Source of the DNA: Puccinia triticina
Taxonomy: Eukaryota
Reading direction: 5' to 3'
DNA length: 64,000 nucleotides
Assembly (NCBI GenBank): GCA_026914245.1
Contig: CP110439.1
Span: 868,001-932,000, forward strand
Shown piece by piece: positions 63,501 through 64,000 of the stretch (the first letter of the stretch is position 1; each line of letters opens with the position of its first letter). A model generated the notes under the pieces. It made no database searches. It saw only the letters and a program-made list of their open reading frames with translations, and was not told the DNA's origin. Made by a program: the position numbers and the translations under genes.

Positions 63501-64000
63501 ACCAGACACCGGACACACCCTGAGCCTGTGACATCCCCCCCGAATTACAAACACTGGGGAATTCGAACTGAGCCCCGACTCCGAGGAGATTCATCACATC
63601 AACCACATATTTATATCCACCACGTAACCAAATGACTACTCTCATACTCTCTCAACTTACCCCCCAAATGAAGCCGGATGAAGAGGAACCAGTGAAGACA
63701 CTCTCGTCCGTTGCGGTATACAGTATACATTGCTTTTGGATATCCGAATCACCAAGAGAGATACAATTCTATCATTCAATGAGTCATGATAAACGTTCAG
63801 ATCTTGAAGAATGGTCGACTCTATTATCATCGTTGACATCCATTAAAAAGACTCAAATGAGGAGGGGAGGCTTATTCGGCTGGGTAGGGCAACTGTTTTC
63901 TCATGCTGATTTGAACTTACGAAGAAGTTACCCGCTAATTCAAGTGAGGTAAAATTGATTCTTGCTTGATAATCGGGTTATTCCTCAATCCTTGAAATTG

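Overview
Eukaryotic, fungal-type DNA, most consistent with a rust fungus (Pucciniales). This is inferred from the intron-rich genes, the TE types and a TpCpG-biased C>T signature. Transposons dominate the window. Host genes: RPS20 (minus, 4 coding exons), a divergently oriented Zn(II)2Cys6 protein gene, and a PHO85-type CDK with a polyQ tail (minus). TEs: a CpG-depleted gag/protease-only LTR element (3.9-12.9 kb); a Copia element (31.4-45.7 kb) interrupted by a near-intact Gypsy element (33.7-42.0 kb) and a solo LTR; two decayed hAT transposons; several solo LTRs; and many MITEs. Most notable: the Gypsy has a 51-nt primer-binding site matching spliced, CCA-bearing tRNA-Tyr, plus four dispersed copies of a covarying hairpin motif; two CACTA MITE copies sit at the same position of tRNA-like A boxes; the Copia PBS matches the tRNA-Lys(CUU) anticodon arm; three TIR elements have 7-bp TSDs; and three MITEs carry 44-bp palindromic arrays. 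All coordinates and alignments were read by eye and no database searches were run.
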